A program made the position numbers and the translations under genes. The notes below the pieces were generated by a model. It had not been told where the DNA came from. It ran no database searches and saw only the letters and a list, made by a program, of their open reading frames with translations. A stretch of DNA of 64,000 bases. Origin: Alphaproteobacteria bacterium. Lineage in GTDB: Bacteria; Pseudomonadota; Alphaproteobacteria; UBA2966. The DNA lies in NCBI GenBank assembly GCA_964291395.2, contig OZ219856.1:2208001-2272000 (forward strand), written 5' to 3'. This document shows positions 38,338 to 47,324 of this stretch, in pieces; within the stretch, counting starts at the first letter, position 1; each line of letters opens with the position of its first letter.

Positions 38338-38868
38338 TCAATCTTCCAAGATTTCGTAGGCCAAGCCCTGCTCGTTCTTCCAGATCTCGGTATGGGACTC
38401 GGTGTACGCGACTCCATGCCCCATGACGAGGCGGTTGATGAAGTTGTAACGCCCACAGACGGCGATCGCGAAATGGAGCGCGCCCTCCTCCCAACCGGCC
38501 TCGTAGACGGCATCGGCATCCGCCTGGACCATCTTTGCCGGCGTCAGCGTGAGCTTGCGGACGAAGCGCAAAATCGGCTTCATCCTTTCGTCTACCGACG
38601 AGGAGTCGATATCGTCCATGAGGTTGTCGAAGACATCCGCATCGACGCCGAAGGCCTCGGCGGCCATGGTGTGATCCTTGAAGCAATACTCACAGTCGTT
38701 CAGGCCCGAGACATAGGCTGCGACCAGCTCGCGTTCCGCAATCGATAGCGGTCCGGGCCCCCGCATGAGGGCCTGGCTGAATTTTCCCCATAGCAGCCAG
38801 ATGTCACGATGCGGCGCCTGTATCTCTGCGAGGCCCGCGCTCGCGGGCAATGAAGGAAAAAAGGTCAT
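38338..38868 (-). CDS. AhpD/carboxymuconolactone decarboxylase family peroxidase-related protein
   Basis: ERELVAAYVSGLNDCEYCFKDH (CxxC..H), KLTLTP, FINRLV. Confidence 0.9.
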   Translation of the reverse strand: MTFFPSLPASAGLAEIQAPHRDIWLLWGKFSQALMRGPGPLSIAERELVAAYVSGLNDCEYCFKDHTMAAEAFGVDADVFDNLMDDIDSSSVDERMKPILRFVRKLTLTPAKMVQADADAVYEAGWEEGALHFAIAVCGRYNFINRLVMGHGVAYTESHTEIWKNEQGLAYEILED

Positions 38869-39146
38869 CTGTGTTCTCCCTGATATCCTGCCCCGGCTTC
38901 AGGCCCCCCCGGCCTCAGGCCCAAGGGTTCCTGAAGCGCTCACGATGCTCTCCGAGCGGCGGCCCCGCCCCATCGATCATTGACTGGCCTTTCGGACCTG
39001 CGATCGGAAGTTGCCGACGGCAAGACGTGAAGGCGGGGTACCGCGCCAACCGCTTCGATCCCCGTGAGGCTCAGCGGACATTTTTACCCGGACCGGGGAG
39101 ACTTGCAGCAGCCATGACCGGGGTCCACCGGGGCGGAAAACGCAGA

Positions 39147-39557
39147 CTATCGATGGTTTACGGTCGGTCGATCCTCCGCAATCCATTGGGCGATGCCCCC
39201 GTGCGCGTTGTGGACCCGCCGGTATCCGAACTGTCTGTCCAACAAGCGGCTAACCACATTGCTGCGCCCACCGCTGTGGCAAATGATCGCGATGGGTTCA
39301 TCAGGGACCGCAATGGCGGCAAGCTCCGACATCCAGGCGCGAACGTCGTAGCGTCCACGCGAGTCGAAAAAGGTCAGCAAGTGACTTCCTTTGATGACGC
39401 CGGTCCTGTCCCATTCCTCCGGGGTTCGGACGTCAACGACCGGCACCCCGCCTGCCAGCAGCCGCTCGAGCGCGAGGTTGTCGATGTTGGTGACCTCCGC
39501 ACGAAGCGGCGTACCGCCGGCGAGGAACGCGACGACGAGGAATATCGGGTACTGCAT
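39147..39557 (-). CDS. Rhodanese-like domain protein with signal peptide
   Basis: VDVRTPEEW..G.I.G, ICHSGGRS, GGIAQW. Confidence 0.88.
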   Translation of the reverse strand: MQYPIFLVVAFLAGGTPLRAEVTNIDNLALERLLAGGVPVVDVRTPEEWDRTGVIKGSHLLTFFDSRGRYDVRAWMSELAAIAVPDEPIAIICHSGGRSNVVSRLLDRQFGYRRVHNAHGGIAQWIAEDRPTVNHR

Positions 39558-39712
39558 CAGTTTGAAAATTTCGGTTATTCCTGCGCAGCCTGATCAAATG
39601 GAAATTCCGATTGCATTCATAATAGGGTTGGACGGTACCATCGCAATGATTCTCGACCTAAATGATACCATTGGTCACGCGATGGCCTGAGGAGAACGAA
39701 GAGGCAGGAACC

Positions 39713-40345
39713 ATGTCTGTCGCCGAGCCCGCCGCCGTTCCGGTTACCATCACCCTTTATCGTTGGGCGGGTGCATGGGGGCCGTTCAAGGTCAGCATTC
39801 CGTGCGGCGAGTGCTCGCTGACCCTTGACGTCATCAATGACACGCTGGCACGCGAACTCGAGGGCATCCCGGTTACGGTCGACGTTCGCGAATGGCTCAG
39901 CGAATGGTGGCGCCCCCTTCCCAAAGGAGGTTGGCACGCCCCCATCGTCATCGTGGAGGGACGGCTCATCAGTCAGGGGCACGCCCTCAACCGCGGCGTT
40001 CTGACGGAGGCGGTGATCGAGGCCTGGGCACGCCGCAGCGCACCCGTGGGCAACCACCTGTTCGGCAAGGAGACCTGCCCGCACTGTGTCCGCGCCAAGG
40101 GGTACCTGGCCGAGGCGGGAATGGAATTCGCCTATCACGACGTGGTGCGCGATCCCCGCGCGCTTTACGAGATGCTGGCGCGGGTCAAACCGATCGTCGG
40201 GCCCAAGACGCCCATCACGGTACCGCAGATCTGGTTGGACGGCGTCTATGTCGGCGGCGCCGATATGCTCGGCGAGGTGCTCGAACGCGAAGTCGAGCCC
40301 AACCCCGACCGGGGCCGGTGTTCGCTGTCACCACCGGCCGCCTAG
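39713..40345 (+). CDS. Two-domain thioredoxin-fold/glutaredoxin protein
   Basis: N-domain WGPFKVSIPCGEC...WHAP; C-domain CPHC, TVPQIW..YVGG.D. Confidence 0.85.
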   Translation: MSVAEPAAVPVTITLYRWAGAWGPFKVSIPCGECSLTLDVINDTLARELEGIPVTVDVREWLSEWWRPLPKGGWHAPIVIVEGRLISQGHALNRGVLTEAVIEAWARRSAPVGNHLFGKETCPHCVRAKGYLAEAGMEFAYHDVVRDPRALYEMLARVKPIVGPKTPITVPQIWLDGVYVGGADMLGEVLEREVEPNPDRGRCSLSPPAA

Positions 40346-40830
40346 AACCGACCGCAAGCGTGGCGCGTTGTGATACGCGAAGCGAAGCCGCGCGGGGGGT
40401 GCCTGTTGGCCCACCGGGGCAACCGAGCCGCTGTCACGGCCGGCGACTTCGATCATGACCTGAAGGCTTTCCTTTTCCCCATCGATCCACCCTCCCGGAA
40501 ATCCTTTCCCTCCGGCGGATTTGAACCTCCAATCCGGCAGTGCCGTACGGTTTCTCGGAGGGCTCGATGCGTCATCTCATACATCCGCGCAGCCATGCGC
40601 ACTCTCGAACGGCCTCGTTTGGAAATAGCCGCCCGTCGGAGTAAGGTCGGCCGCGCTCCGTTCCGCACAGGCGACCTCCTGTGGTGGGCGTCCGAAGCGG
40701 AGGCAGGCGTACGCAAGAACGAAACTGAGATGATCGATAGAGGGAAAGCACCTGCGGCGACGCTGGACGGCTGAGTTGGCGGGCCGATCACCTCGATCCC
40801 ACGTATCCCGTTCAAAACCCGGTTGGATGG

Positions 40831-41859
40831 ATGACTCCCAAGAAGACCATCAGCGTTCTCGCGGTCGTCGGCGCACTGACGGCCTTCGCGGCAATATCGA
40901 GCCACGCAGCGACACTCGACAAGGTGAAGGCCGCCGACACGCTCAAATGCGGCGTCAATCCGGGCCTGCCGGGCTTCTCCTTCACCGATGACGCGGGCAA
41001 CTGGACCGGCTTCGAGGAGGCCTATTGCCGGGCGCTCGCCGCCGCCGTGCTGGGCGACGCGGACAAGGTCTCCTTCGTCCCCTTGACCGGCAAGAACCGC
41101 TTTCCGGCGTTGGCGGCGGGCGAGGTCGACATTCTGCCGCGCAACACGACCTGGACGTTTTCGCGCGATGTCAATCTCGGCTTCACCTTCATCGGCATCT
41201 ACTACTATGACGGCCAGGGCTTCATCGGCCGCAAGGCGCTCGGCGTGACCAGCGCCACCGAGCTCGACGGCGCCTCGATCTGCATCCAGACCGGCACCAC
41301 TACGGAGCTCAACCTGGCGGACTTCTTCCGCATCAACGACATGACCTACGAGCCGGTGCCGATCGAGACCAACGCCGAGGCGCGCGTCGCCTACGAGGCG
41401 GAGCGCTGCGACGTCTACACGACGGACATCTCGGGCCTCGCGGCGACCCGGACCACCTTCGACGACCCGGACGCGCACATGGTGTTCCCGGAGATCATCT
41501 CCAAGGAGCCGCTGGGACCGCTGGTGCGCCAGGGAGACGACCAGTGGGCGGACATCGCGCGCTGGACGCTGAACGCGCTTGTCGCCGCCGAGGAGCTTGG
41601 CGTGACCCGGGCGAACGTGGCGGAGATGGCAAACGGGACCGACCATCCGGAGATCGACCGGATGCTCGGTACGGAAGGCTCGCTGGGCGGCATGCTGGGC
41701 CTCGACGCACGGTGGGCGGTCCGCGCGATTGCGGCGGAGGGCAACTTCGCGGAGATCTTCGACAAGTATCTGGGCGCCGGCAGCCTGCTCGGCCTGCCGC
41801 GGGGTCTCAACGCACTCTACAGGGACGGCGGCATCCTCTACTCGCCCCCGTTCCGGTAG
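40831..41859 (+). CDS. aapJ: General L-amino acid ABC transporter substrate-binding protein (AapJ/BztA-like), orphan
   Basis: LKCGVN.GLPGFS, CRALAAAV, RNTTWT.SRD, YYDGQGF, GTTTELN, ISKEPLGP, GILYSPPFR. Confidence 0.88.
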   Translation: MTPKKTISVLAVVGALTAFAAISSHAATLDKVKAADTLKCGVNPGLPGFSFTDDAGNWTGFEEAYCRALAAAVLGDADKVSFVPLTGKNRFPALAAGEVDILPRNTTWTFSRDVNLGFTFIGIYYYDGQGFIGRKALGVTSATELDGASICIQTGTTTELNLADFFRINDMTYEPVPIETNAEARVAYEAERCDVYTTDISGLAATRTTFDDPDAHMVFPEIISKEPLGPLVRQGDDQWADIARWTLNALVAAEELGVTRANVAEMANGTDHPEIDRMLGTEGSLGGMLGLDARWAVRAIAAEGNFAEIFDKYLGAGSLLGLPRGLNALYRDGGILYSPPFR

Positions 41860-42002
41860 CGTCCAAGATGTACACTCCGCCGACCTCCGCGACTCTACGG
41901 TCTGCCACGCCACACCGCGCGACACGGTCTCGGGCCCGCTCGCACGGGACATGCGGGATGATATAGTTCGTGCGGTCCAGTGGCAGAGGAATTTGGCCAG
42001 CC

Positions 42003-42515
42003 ATGTCCGAGACTCCCGCCAAGAGAACGATACTCTCCGATATCGTAAGAGATCTGGATCTATATTTGTCCGCGGCGGCTTTCTTGTTTGTAAGCTGCGT
42101 CATGTTTCTCCTGGTCATCACACGATATCTGTACTCCTTGTCGCTGCCGGCCCTCGAAGAATTCACGATGGTGGTGTTCGTGTGGTTCCTTTATTTTTCG
42201 ATGATTTATTGTCTCCGACATAACCTTCACATAAAAGTCGAAATCATAGACACTCTGATTGGCCAAAAATCAAAGAAAATAATTGATACAATTGCCGATA
42301 TAGTACTACTTGTATTTACTTCTGTAATGTTTTACAATGGAATACTTCTAGTTGTCTTCAATATGGGTCGCTCGGGCGGCAAGACACCCATGCTCGATAT
42401 TCCCTACTACGTGGTCTATATCGTGCTCCCGTTCTCGTTCGGACTGTTTACGGTGTTCCTGGCAATGAGAATTTTCGGACACGTCAAAGATATTCTTCCG
42501 ACAAAGATAAAATAA
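42003..42515 (+). CDS. dctQ: TRAP transporter small permease
   Basis: 4 TM, ITRY...EEF..VFVW, HIKVEI; directly upstream of dctM. Confidence 0.85.
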   Translation: MSETPAKRTILSDIVRDLDLYLSAAAFLFVSCVMFLLVITRYLYSLSLPALEEFTMVVFVWFLYFSMIYCLRHNLHIKVEIIDTLIGQKSKKIIDTIADIVLLVFTSVMFYNGILLVVFNMGRSGGKTPMLDIPYYVVYIVLPFSFGLFTVFLAMRIFGHVKDILPTKIK

Positions 42516-42546
42516 ACACAATACATAGGGAGAATATATCCAAATC

Positions 42547-43827
42547 ATGGAAATACTAGGTGCATTTGTATTTCTCTTTGTTCTTATCTTCCTTATGTTC
42601 GCCAAGGTTCCCATCGGCTTCGCCATCGGCATCGTCAGCCTGTTGGCGTTCGCCATCTACGATTTGCCGCAGCAGATACTCGCGCAGCGGTTCTATACGG
42701 GCATGGCATCGCAGACCTGGATCGCCATTCCCCTGTTCATCTTCGCCGGAACCCTGATGGGCTGCGGAGGCCTGTCGCGGCGCATCGTCAATTTCTCCGA
42801 CGCGGTTATCGGCCACGTCAGAGGCGGGCTCGGCATCACCACGATATTTTCGTGCGCATTTTTCTCCGCCATTTCCGGCGCGTCGCCGGCGACCGCCGCG
42901 GCGATCGGATCGATCATGATCCCGGAAATGAAGAACAAACAGTATCCGGAGAAGCTGGCCGCCGGCATCACCGCATCGGGCGGCGTGCTCGGCGTCTTGA
43001 TTCCGCCCAGCATCATCCTGATCGCCTACGGCGTCTTGGCGGAAGTCTCGATCGCCAAGCTCTTCATGGGCGCCATGATTCCGGGTGCCCTCCTCGCCCT
43101 GACGATGATGTTCGTGACGTACGTGATGGCGCGGCACACCGTGCCGGCGGAGCAGGCCTTCACCGTGACGCAGGTCTTCGTGACTCTCTATCGCGGATTC
43201 CTGTCGCTGCTGGCGCCGGTGATTATCTTGGGCGGCATCTATCTCGGCATCTTCACGCCCACCGAGTCCGCGGTGATCGCCGTCGTCTACGGGATCATCG
43301 TCGGGTTCGTCTACCGGGAATTGACCCTTCGCGACATCGCGGAAGCGATACGGTCGACGGTGGTCACGACCGGCACGCTGGCGATCATCTGGGCGGCGGC
43401 GGCGAGCTATTCCTACGTCCTCACCCTGAGCGGCATCACCCAGAATATCGCGCTGGCGATCACCGGCGTCTCGACGGAGCCCTTCATCGTCTTGACGATG
43501 ATCAGCGTCCTGGTGGTCGTGCTTGGCTGCTACATCAACGCGATGGGGATGGTGATCCTGCTCACGCCCATATTCGTCCCCATCCTGAACGCGATCGGAT
43601 ACGATCTGATCGCCTTTGGCGTCATTTTCACGATGATGTGCGAGGTCGGCTACATCACCCCGCCGGTCGGGACCAATTTGTTCGTCGTCAAATCGCTGTG
43701 CGAGGAGGCGGACATTCTGGAGATAAGTCGCGTGGTCATCCCCTATATCCTGGCGCTATATGCTCTGGTTCTGACGTTCGTCGTATTCCCGGAGTCCATC
43801 CTCTACCTGCCCAACCGGTTCCTGTAG
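42547..43827 (+). CDS. dctM: TRAP transporter large permease
   Basis: AIPLFIFAG.LM, GHVRGGLG, FSAISG, LIPPS, FTPTESA, ITPPVG.NLFV. Confidence 0.93.
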   Translation: MEILGAFVFLFVLIFLMFAKVPIGFAIGIVSLLAFAIYDLPQQILAQRFYTGMASQTWIAIPLFIFAGTLMGCGGLSRRIVNFSDAVIGHVRGGLGITTIFSCAFFSAISGASPATAAAIGSIMIPEMKNKQYPEKLAAGITASGGVLGVLIPPSIILIAYGVLAEVSIAKLFMGAMIPGALLALTMMFVTYVMARHTVPAEQAFTVTQVFVTLYRGFLSLLAPVIILGGIYLGIFTPTESAVIAVVYGIIVGFVYRELTLRDIAEAIRSTVVTTGTLAIIWAAAASYSYVLTLSGITQNIALAITGVSTEPFIVLTMISVLVVVLGCYINAMGMVILLTPIFVPILNAIGYDLIAFGVIFTMMCEVGYITPPVGTNLFVVKSLCEEADILEISRVVIPYILALYALVLTFVVFPESILYLPNRFL

Positions 43828-43842
43828 GATCGCGGTTCCGAC

Positions 43843-43910
43843 GCCATGACGCGCCGCAACGGGGAACCCGTCATGGCTCCCCGCGCGTCCCCGACGGCAC
43901 CCGCCGTCGG
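43843..43910. terminator. Two inverted repeats between the convergent dctM and dctP genes
   Basis: GCCATGACG/CGTCATGGC (43843-43877) and CCGACGGC/GCCGTCGG (43891-43910). Confidence 0.4.
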
Positions 43911-43945
43911 CCGCGTCGGCCGATGGGAAGCGGCCGGGGTCGCCG

Positions 43946-44950
43946 TCAGTATTTCGTCTTGCCGTCCGCGACCAGCGATTCGATGACGCTCATTCCGCCG
44001 ACCGAAGGGGCGTGTTCCTGCCAGATGTGCTTGACCAGCGGCTGCACCTCTGCCGTCTTGACGCGGGTCACCTGCAAGCCCGCCGATTTGAACTTGTCGA
44101 TGATCGTGCGGTCGTACATTTGGCAAAAGCCGTTCACGTGGTTCGTGGCCTCCGTGGCGGCCCGGTCGACCGCGTCGCGCACCTCCTCGGGCAGCCCGTT
44201 GTAGAAGTCGGCGTTCATGTAGAGGCCCGTTCCGGTGACCGCATGATTCGTCTCGGTGAGGAATTTCTGGACCTCCGCAAACCCTTGCCCATAGGCCCAA
44301 CTCACGGTCGATTCCTGACCGTCGACGGTGCCGAGCTGCAGGGCGGTGAAGATTTCCCCGCCGCTGATGCTCACGGGCTTCATGCCGAGACTCTCCAGGG
44401 TCGCGATCAGGATCGGCGAACCCGGCACCCTGACCTTCAGGCCCTCGAAATCGTCGACCTTGTTGATCGGCCGCTTGGCGTTCGTGATGCCCCGAAATCC
44501 TCCGTTGAACACGCCGAGCACACGCACGCCCGTTTCTTTCTCGAACCCTTCGTACAGCTTGCGTGCCGTCGCTCCCTCGAATGCGATGGCGGCCGATTTG
44601 AAATCCTCGAATAGAAACGGCAGCGTGAAGACGTTGAAGGGCTTGTAGAATTCCACCAGGTTCGGAAACGCGAGGATCGCGGTCTGGATGGCGCCGAACT
44701 GCATTTGCTGAAAGACCGCGGGGTCCTTGCCGAGCTGCGCCCCCGGGAAGATCCTGACCTCGAAGTCGCCGTCGGTGTAGCGGTGCATCCGTTCCGCAAA
44801 CTGGGTCGCGTAGATGTAGTGGTAGGAGTTCTCCGTCGCCGGCTGATTGACGTGCATCTTGACGGTGTACTCGGCGGCGGCGGCCGCCATCGTCAGCATG
44901 ACGACAAGACCGGCTGCCAGTGAAAATACATGGAGCGCTTTGCGTATCAT
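43946..44950 (-). CDS. dctP: TRAP transporter substrate-binding protein
   Basis: Signal peptide, IFPGAQLG, LPFLF, GFR, GLKVRVP (conserved Arg), EIFTALQLGTVDGQE; GGAGG RBS before ATG 44950. Confidence 0.9.
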   Translation of the reverse strand: MIRKALHVFSLAAGLVVMLTMAAAAAEYTVKMHVNQPATENSYHYIYATQFAERMHRYTDGDFEVRIFPGAQLGKDPAVFQQMQFGAIQTAILAFPNLVEFYKPFNVFTLPFLFEDFKSAAIAFEGATARKLYEGFEKETGVRVLGVFNGGFRGITNAKRPINKVDDFEGLKVRVPGSPILIATLESLGMKPVSISGGEIFTALQLGTVDGQESTVSWAYGQGFAEVQKFLTETNHAVTGTGLYMNADFYNGLPEEVRDAVDRAATEATNHVNGFCQMYDRTIIDKFKSAGLQVTRVKTAEVQPLVKHIWQEHAPSVGGMSVIESLVADGKTKY

Positions 44951-45209
44951 CGTGGCCTCCCTGGTTCGTTCGAGACGCTTGGCGGGCCGGGATCCGTCCT
45001 CATTTTGTTTTCCCGGCGGCGGCGACTGTTGCCTGGCGGAAATCGTATTCGTGGCCCGATACCTTGTCAAAGCTTCGGCCTGTTTCAGGACAGGGGATGG
45101 CGGCTCGTACGCCGGCCGGCTACGATCTCCGGGACTGTCTGAAGGAGGCAATTTCGGCTCGCCGGACCCCGCCGCTTGGGGACTGGCGCGCACCGACGGC
45201 TTCGCCCGC

Positions 45210-47312
45210 ATGAACGCCACACGCGACTCCGAATACCAATACCGGTTCGGCTTCGACATCGGGGGAACGTTCACCGATGTCGTCGTGTCCGACGCCGGCG
45301 GCGACCTGCACGCCGGTAAATGCCTGTCGCGGCCGGATGCGATTACACGGGCCGTCGTCGACGGCCTCACCGGTCTCATCGAGCGCGAATCGATCCCGCG
45401 CGACAGAATTCGGGAGGTGATCTCGGGCGCCACGACCGTCGTGACCAACCTGATCATCGAGGGCAAAGGCGCCCCCACGGGCCTGCTGACGACCGAAGGC
45501 TTCCCCGACCTCATCGAGATCGCGCGGGAAGTGCGCTACGACATCTACGACATCACCGCGAGGCTGCCCGCGCCCGTCGTCCCCCGGCCCTGGCGCAAGG
45601 AGGTCCCGGAGCGGATCGACAAGGACGGCAACGTCGTCGTTCCCCTCGACGAGAATGCCGCGAGGCGTGCCGTCGAGGACCTCGCCGCCGGGGGCGTGAC
45701 GTCGATCGCCGTCTGCTTCCTGCACGCCTACCGCTACCCCGCCCACGAACGACGTGTCCGCGAGATCGCCTCGGAGGTCGCGCCGGACCTGTTCGTCTCG
45801 CTGTCGTCGGAGGTGTTGCCGGAGATCCGGGAGTACGAACGCACCGTCGCCACGGCGCTCAACGCCTATGTCCGTCCATACATCGGACGGTACCTTCAGG
45901 AGCTGGAGCGCGACCTGGGAGCGATCGGCGTCAGGGCGACGCTGAACATCATGCAGTCGAACGGCGGCGTGATCTCGCGCGAGTTCGCCGAGACGACGCC
46001 GTTGCGCATGCTGGAGTCCGGCCCCGCCGCGGGCGCCCTGGCGGCCTCGCACGCCGCCGGTCTGGCGGGCCTGGAGAACGTGCTGTCCTTCGACATGGGA
46101 GGAACGACGGCCAAGTCCTGCCTCGTCACCCGCGGGCGCCCGGAGATAACCCTGGAATTCGAGACGGCGCGGGTTCAGCGCTTCAAGAAGGGCAGCGGGC
46201 TGCCGGTCAAGCTGCCGATCATCGACATGATGGAGATCGGCGCGGGAGGCGGTTCGATTGCCCGCGTCGCCGACACGGGCCTCCTGAAAGTGGGGCCGGA
46301 CAGCGCCGGAGCCGTGCCCGGTCCCGCCTGCTATGGCCTCGGAGGCGAAGAGCCGACGGTGACGGATGCCGCCCTGGTGCTGGGATACCTGGACCCGGCC
46401 GCAAAGCTCGGCGGCACGGTCCGGCTTCATACGGGGCGCGCGGAAAAAGCCATCATGGAATTCGTCGCCGAACCGCTCGGCATGACGCTGATCGAGGCGG
46501 CAAGCGGCATCCATCGGATCGTGTGCGAGAGCATGGCCTCGTCGGCCGAGGTTCACGCCGTCGAAAAAGGGAAGGATATCCGGCGCTACACCCTCGTGGC
46601 GTTCGGCGGCGCCGGCCCCATGCATGCGCGGGAAATCGCCAACCGTCTGGGGTGCGGCAGGATTCTGGTGCCGCCCAACGCGGGCGTGTTCTCCGCCGTC
46701 GGCCTCCTCGTGGCGCCCGTCATGACCGACGCCGTGCGGACCCACTACACCCCGATCGCCGGGGCCGACTGGGCCGCCATCGATCGTATCTACGAGGATC
46801 TGGCAGAGTCCGCGTCGGCGGCCCTGATCCGGACCGGAATCCCGGCCGAGTCGATCGAATTCGAGCGAAGCGCCGACCTGCGTTACGTGGGCCAGGGATT
46901 CGAGGTGACCACGCCCCTTCCCCACTCCTTCGGTCCGAACGCCTCCGGCGAGGCGGTGGAGTCCTTCTACCGGACGTACGACGAGCTGTTCGGCCACCAT
47001 CTGACGAACGTCGGCGTCGAGGCGCTGACCTGGCGCTTGCGCGCCACGGCGCCGCCGCCCGCGCCTCCCGTCGCCCGCCGAAAGAACGGGCCGCACCCGG
47101 ACCGGACGGGGGAGCGTACGCGCCGGGTCTACTACCCCGACGTCGGAGAGTTCCACGACGTGCCGGTACTGGACGATTCCGGGTTGCCGGTCGGCCGGGA
47201 CTTCGAAGGACCGGCATTGATCGAGCAATCCGGATGCACGGCGGTGGTCGGCCCGCGTGAGCGGTTCTCCGCGGACGGCAACGGCAATCTTCTGATTTCA
47301 CTTCCGCGATGA
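45210..47312 (+). CDS. Hydantoinase/oxoprolinase subunit A
   Basis: DIGGTFTD, EIREYER, ESGPAAG, DMGGTT, EIGAGGGSIA, PGPACYG, AFGGAGP.HA, RYVGQGFE. Confidence 0.93.
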   Translation: MNATRDSEYQYRFGFDIGGTFTDVVVSDAGGDLHAGKCLSRPDAITRAVVDGLTGLIERESIPRDRIREVISGATTVVTNLIIEGKGAPTGLLTTEGFPDLIEIAREVRYDIYDITARLPAPVVPRPWRKEVPERIDKDGNVVVPLDENAARRAVEDLAAGGVTSIAVCFLHAYRYPAHERRVREIASEVAPDLFVSLSSEVLPEIREYERTVATALNAYVRPYIGRYLQELERDLGAIGVRATLNIMQSNGGVISREFAETTPLRMLESGPAAGALAASHAAGLAGLENVLSFDMGGTTAKSCLVTRGRPEITLEFETARVQRFKKGSGLPVKLPIIDMMEIGAGGGSIARVADTGLLKVGPDSAGAVPGPACYGLGGEEPTVTDAALVLGYLDPAAKLGGTVRLHTGRAEKAIMEFVAEPLGMTLIEAASGIHRIVCESMASSAEVHAVEKGKDIRRYTLVAFGGAGPMHAREIANRLGCGRILVPPNAGVFSAVGLLVAPVMTDAVRTHYTPIAGADWAAIDRIYEDLAESASAALIRTGIPAESIEFERSADLRYVGQGFEVTTPLPHSFGPNASGEAVESFYRTYDELFGHHLTNVGVEALTWRLRATAPPPAPPVARRKNGPHPDRTGERTRRVYYPDVGEFHDVPVLDDSGLPVGRDFEGPALIEQSGCTAVVGPRERFSADGNGNLLISLPR

Positions 47313-47324
47313 GATGCTTCGGCG

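Noticed and set aside
40346-40830. Long intergenic leader before aapJ examined for a riboswitch or sRNA
   Set aside because: I could not recognise any aptamer consensus or convincing terminator by eye. An Rfam scan would be needed.
44847-45209. N-terminal extensions given by the ORF track for hydantoinase A and DctP (also OppA, alpha-E, second Gfo)
   Set aside because: The extensions overlap neighbouring genes and precede the family-typical N-termini or RBS-supported starts.
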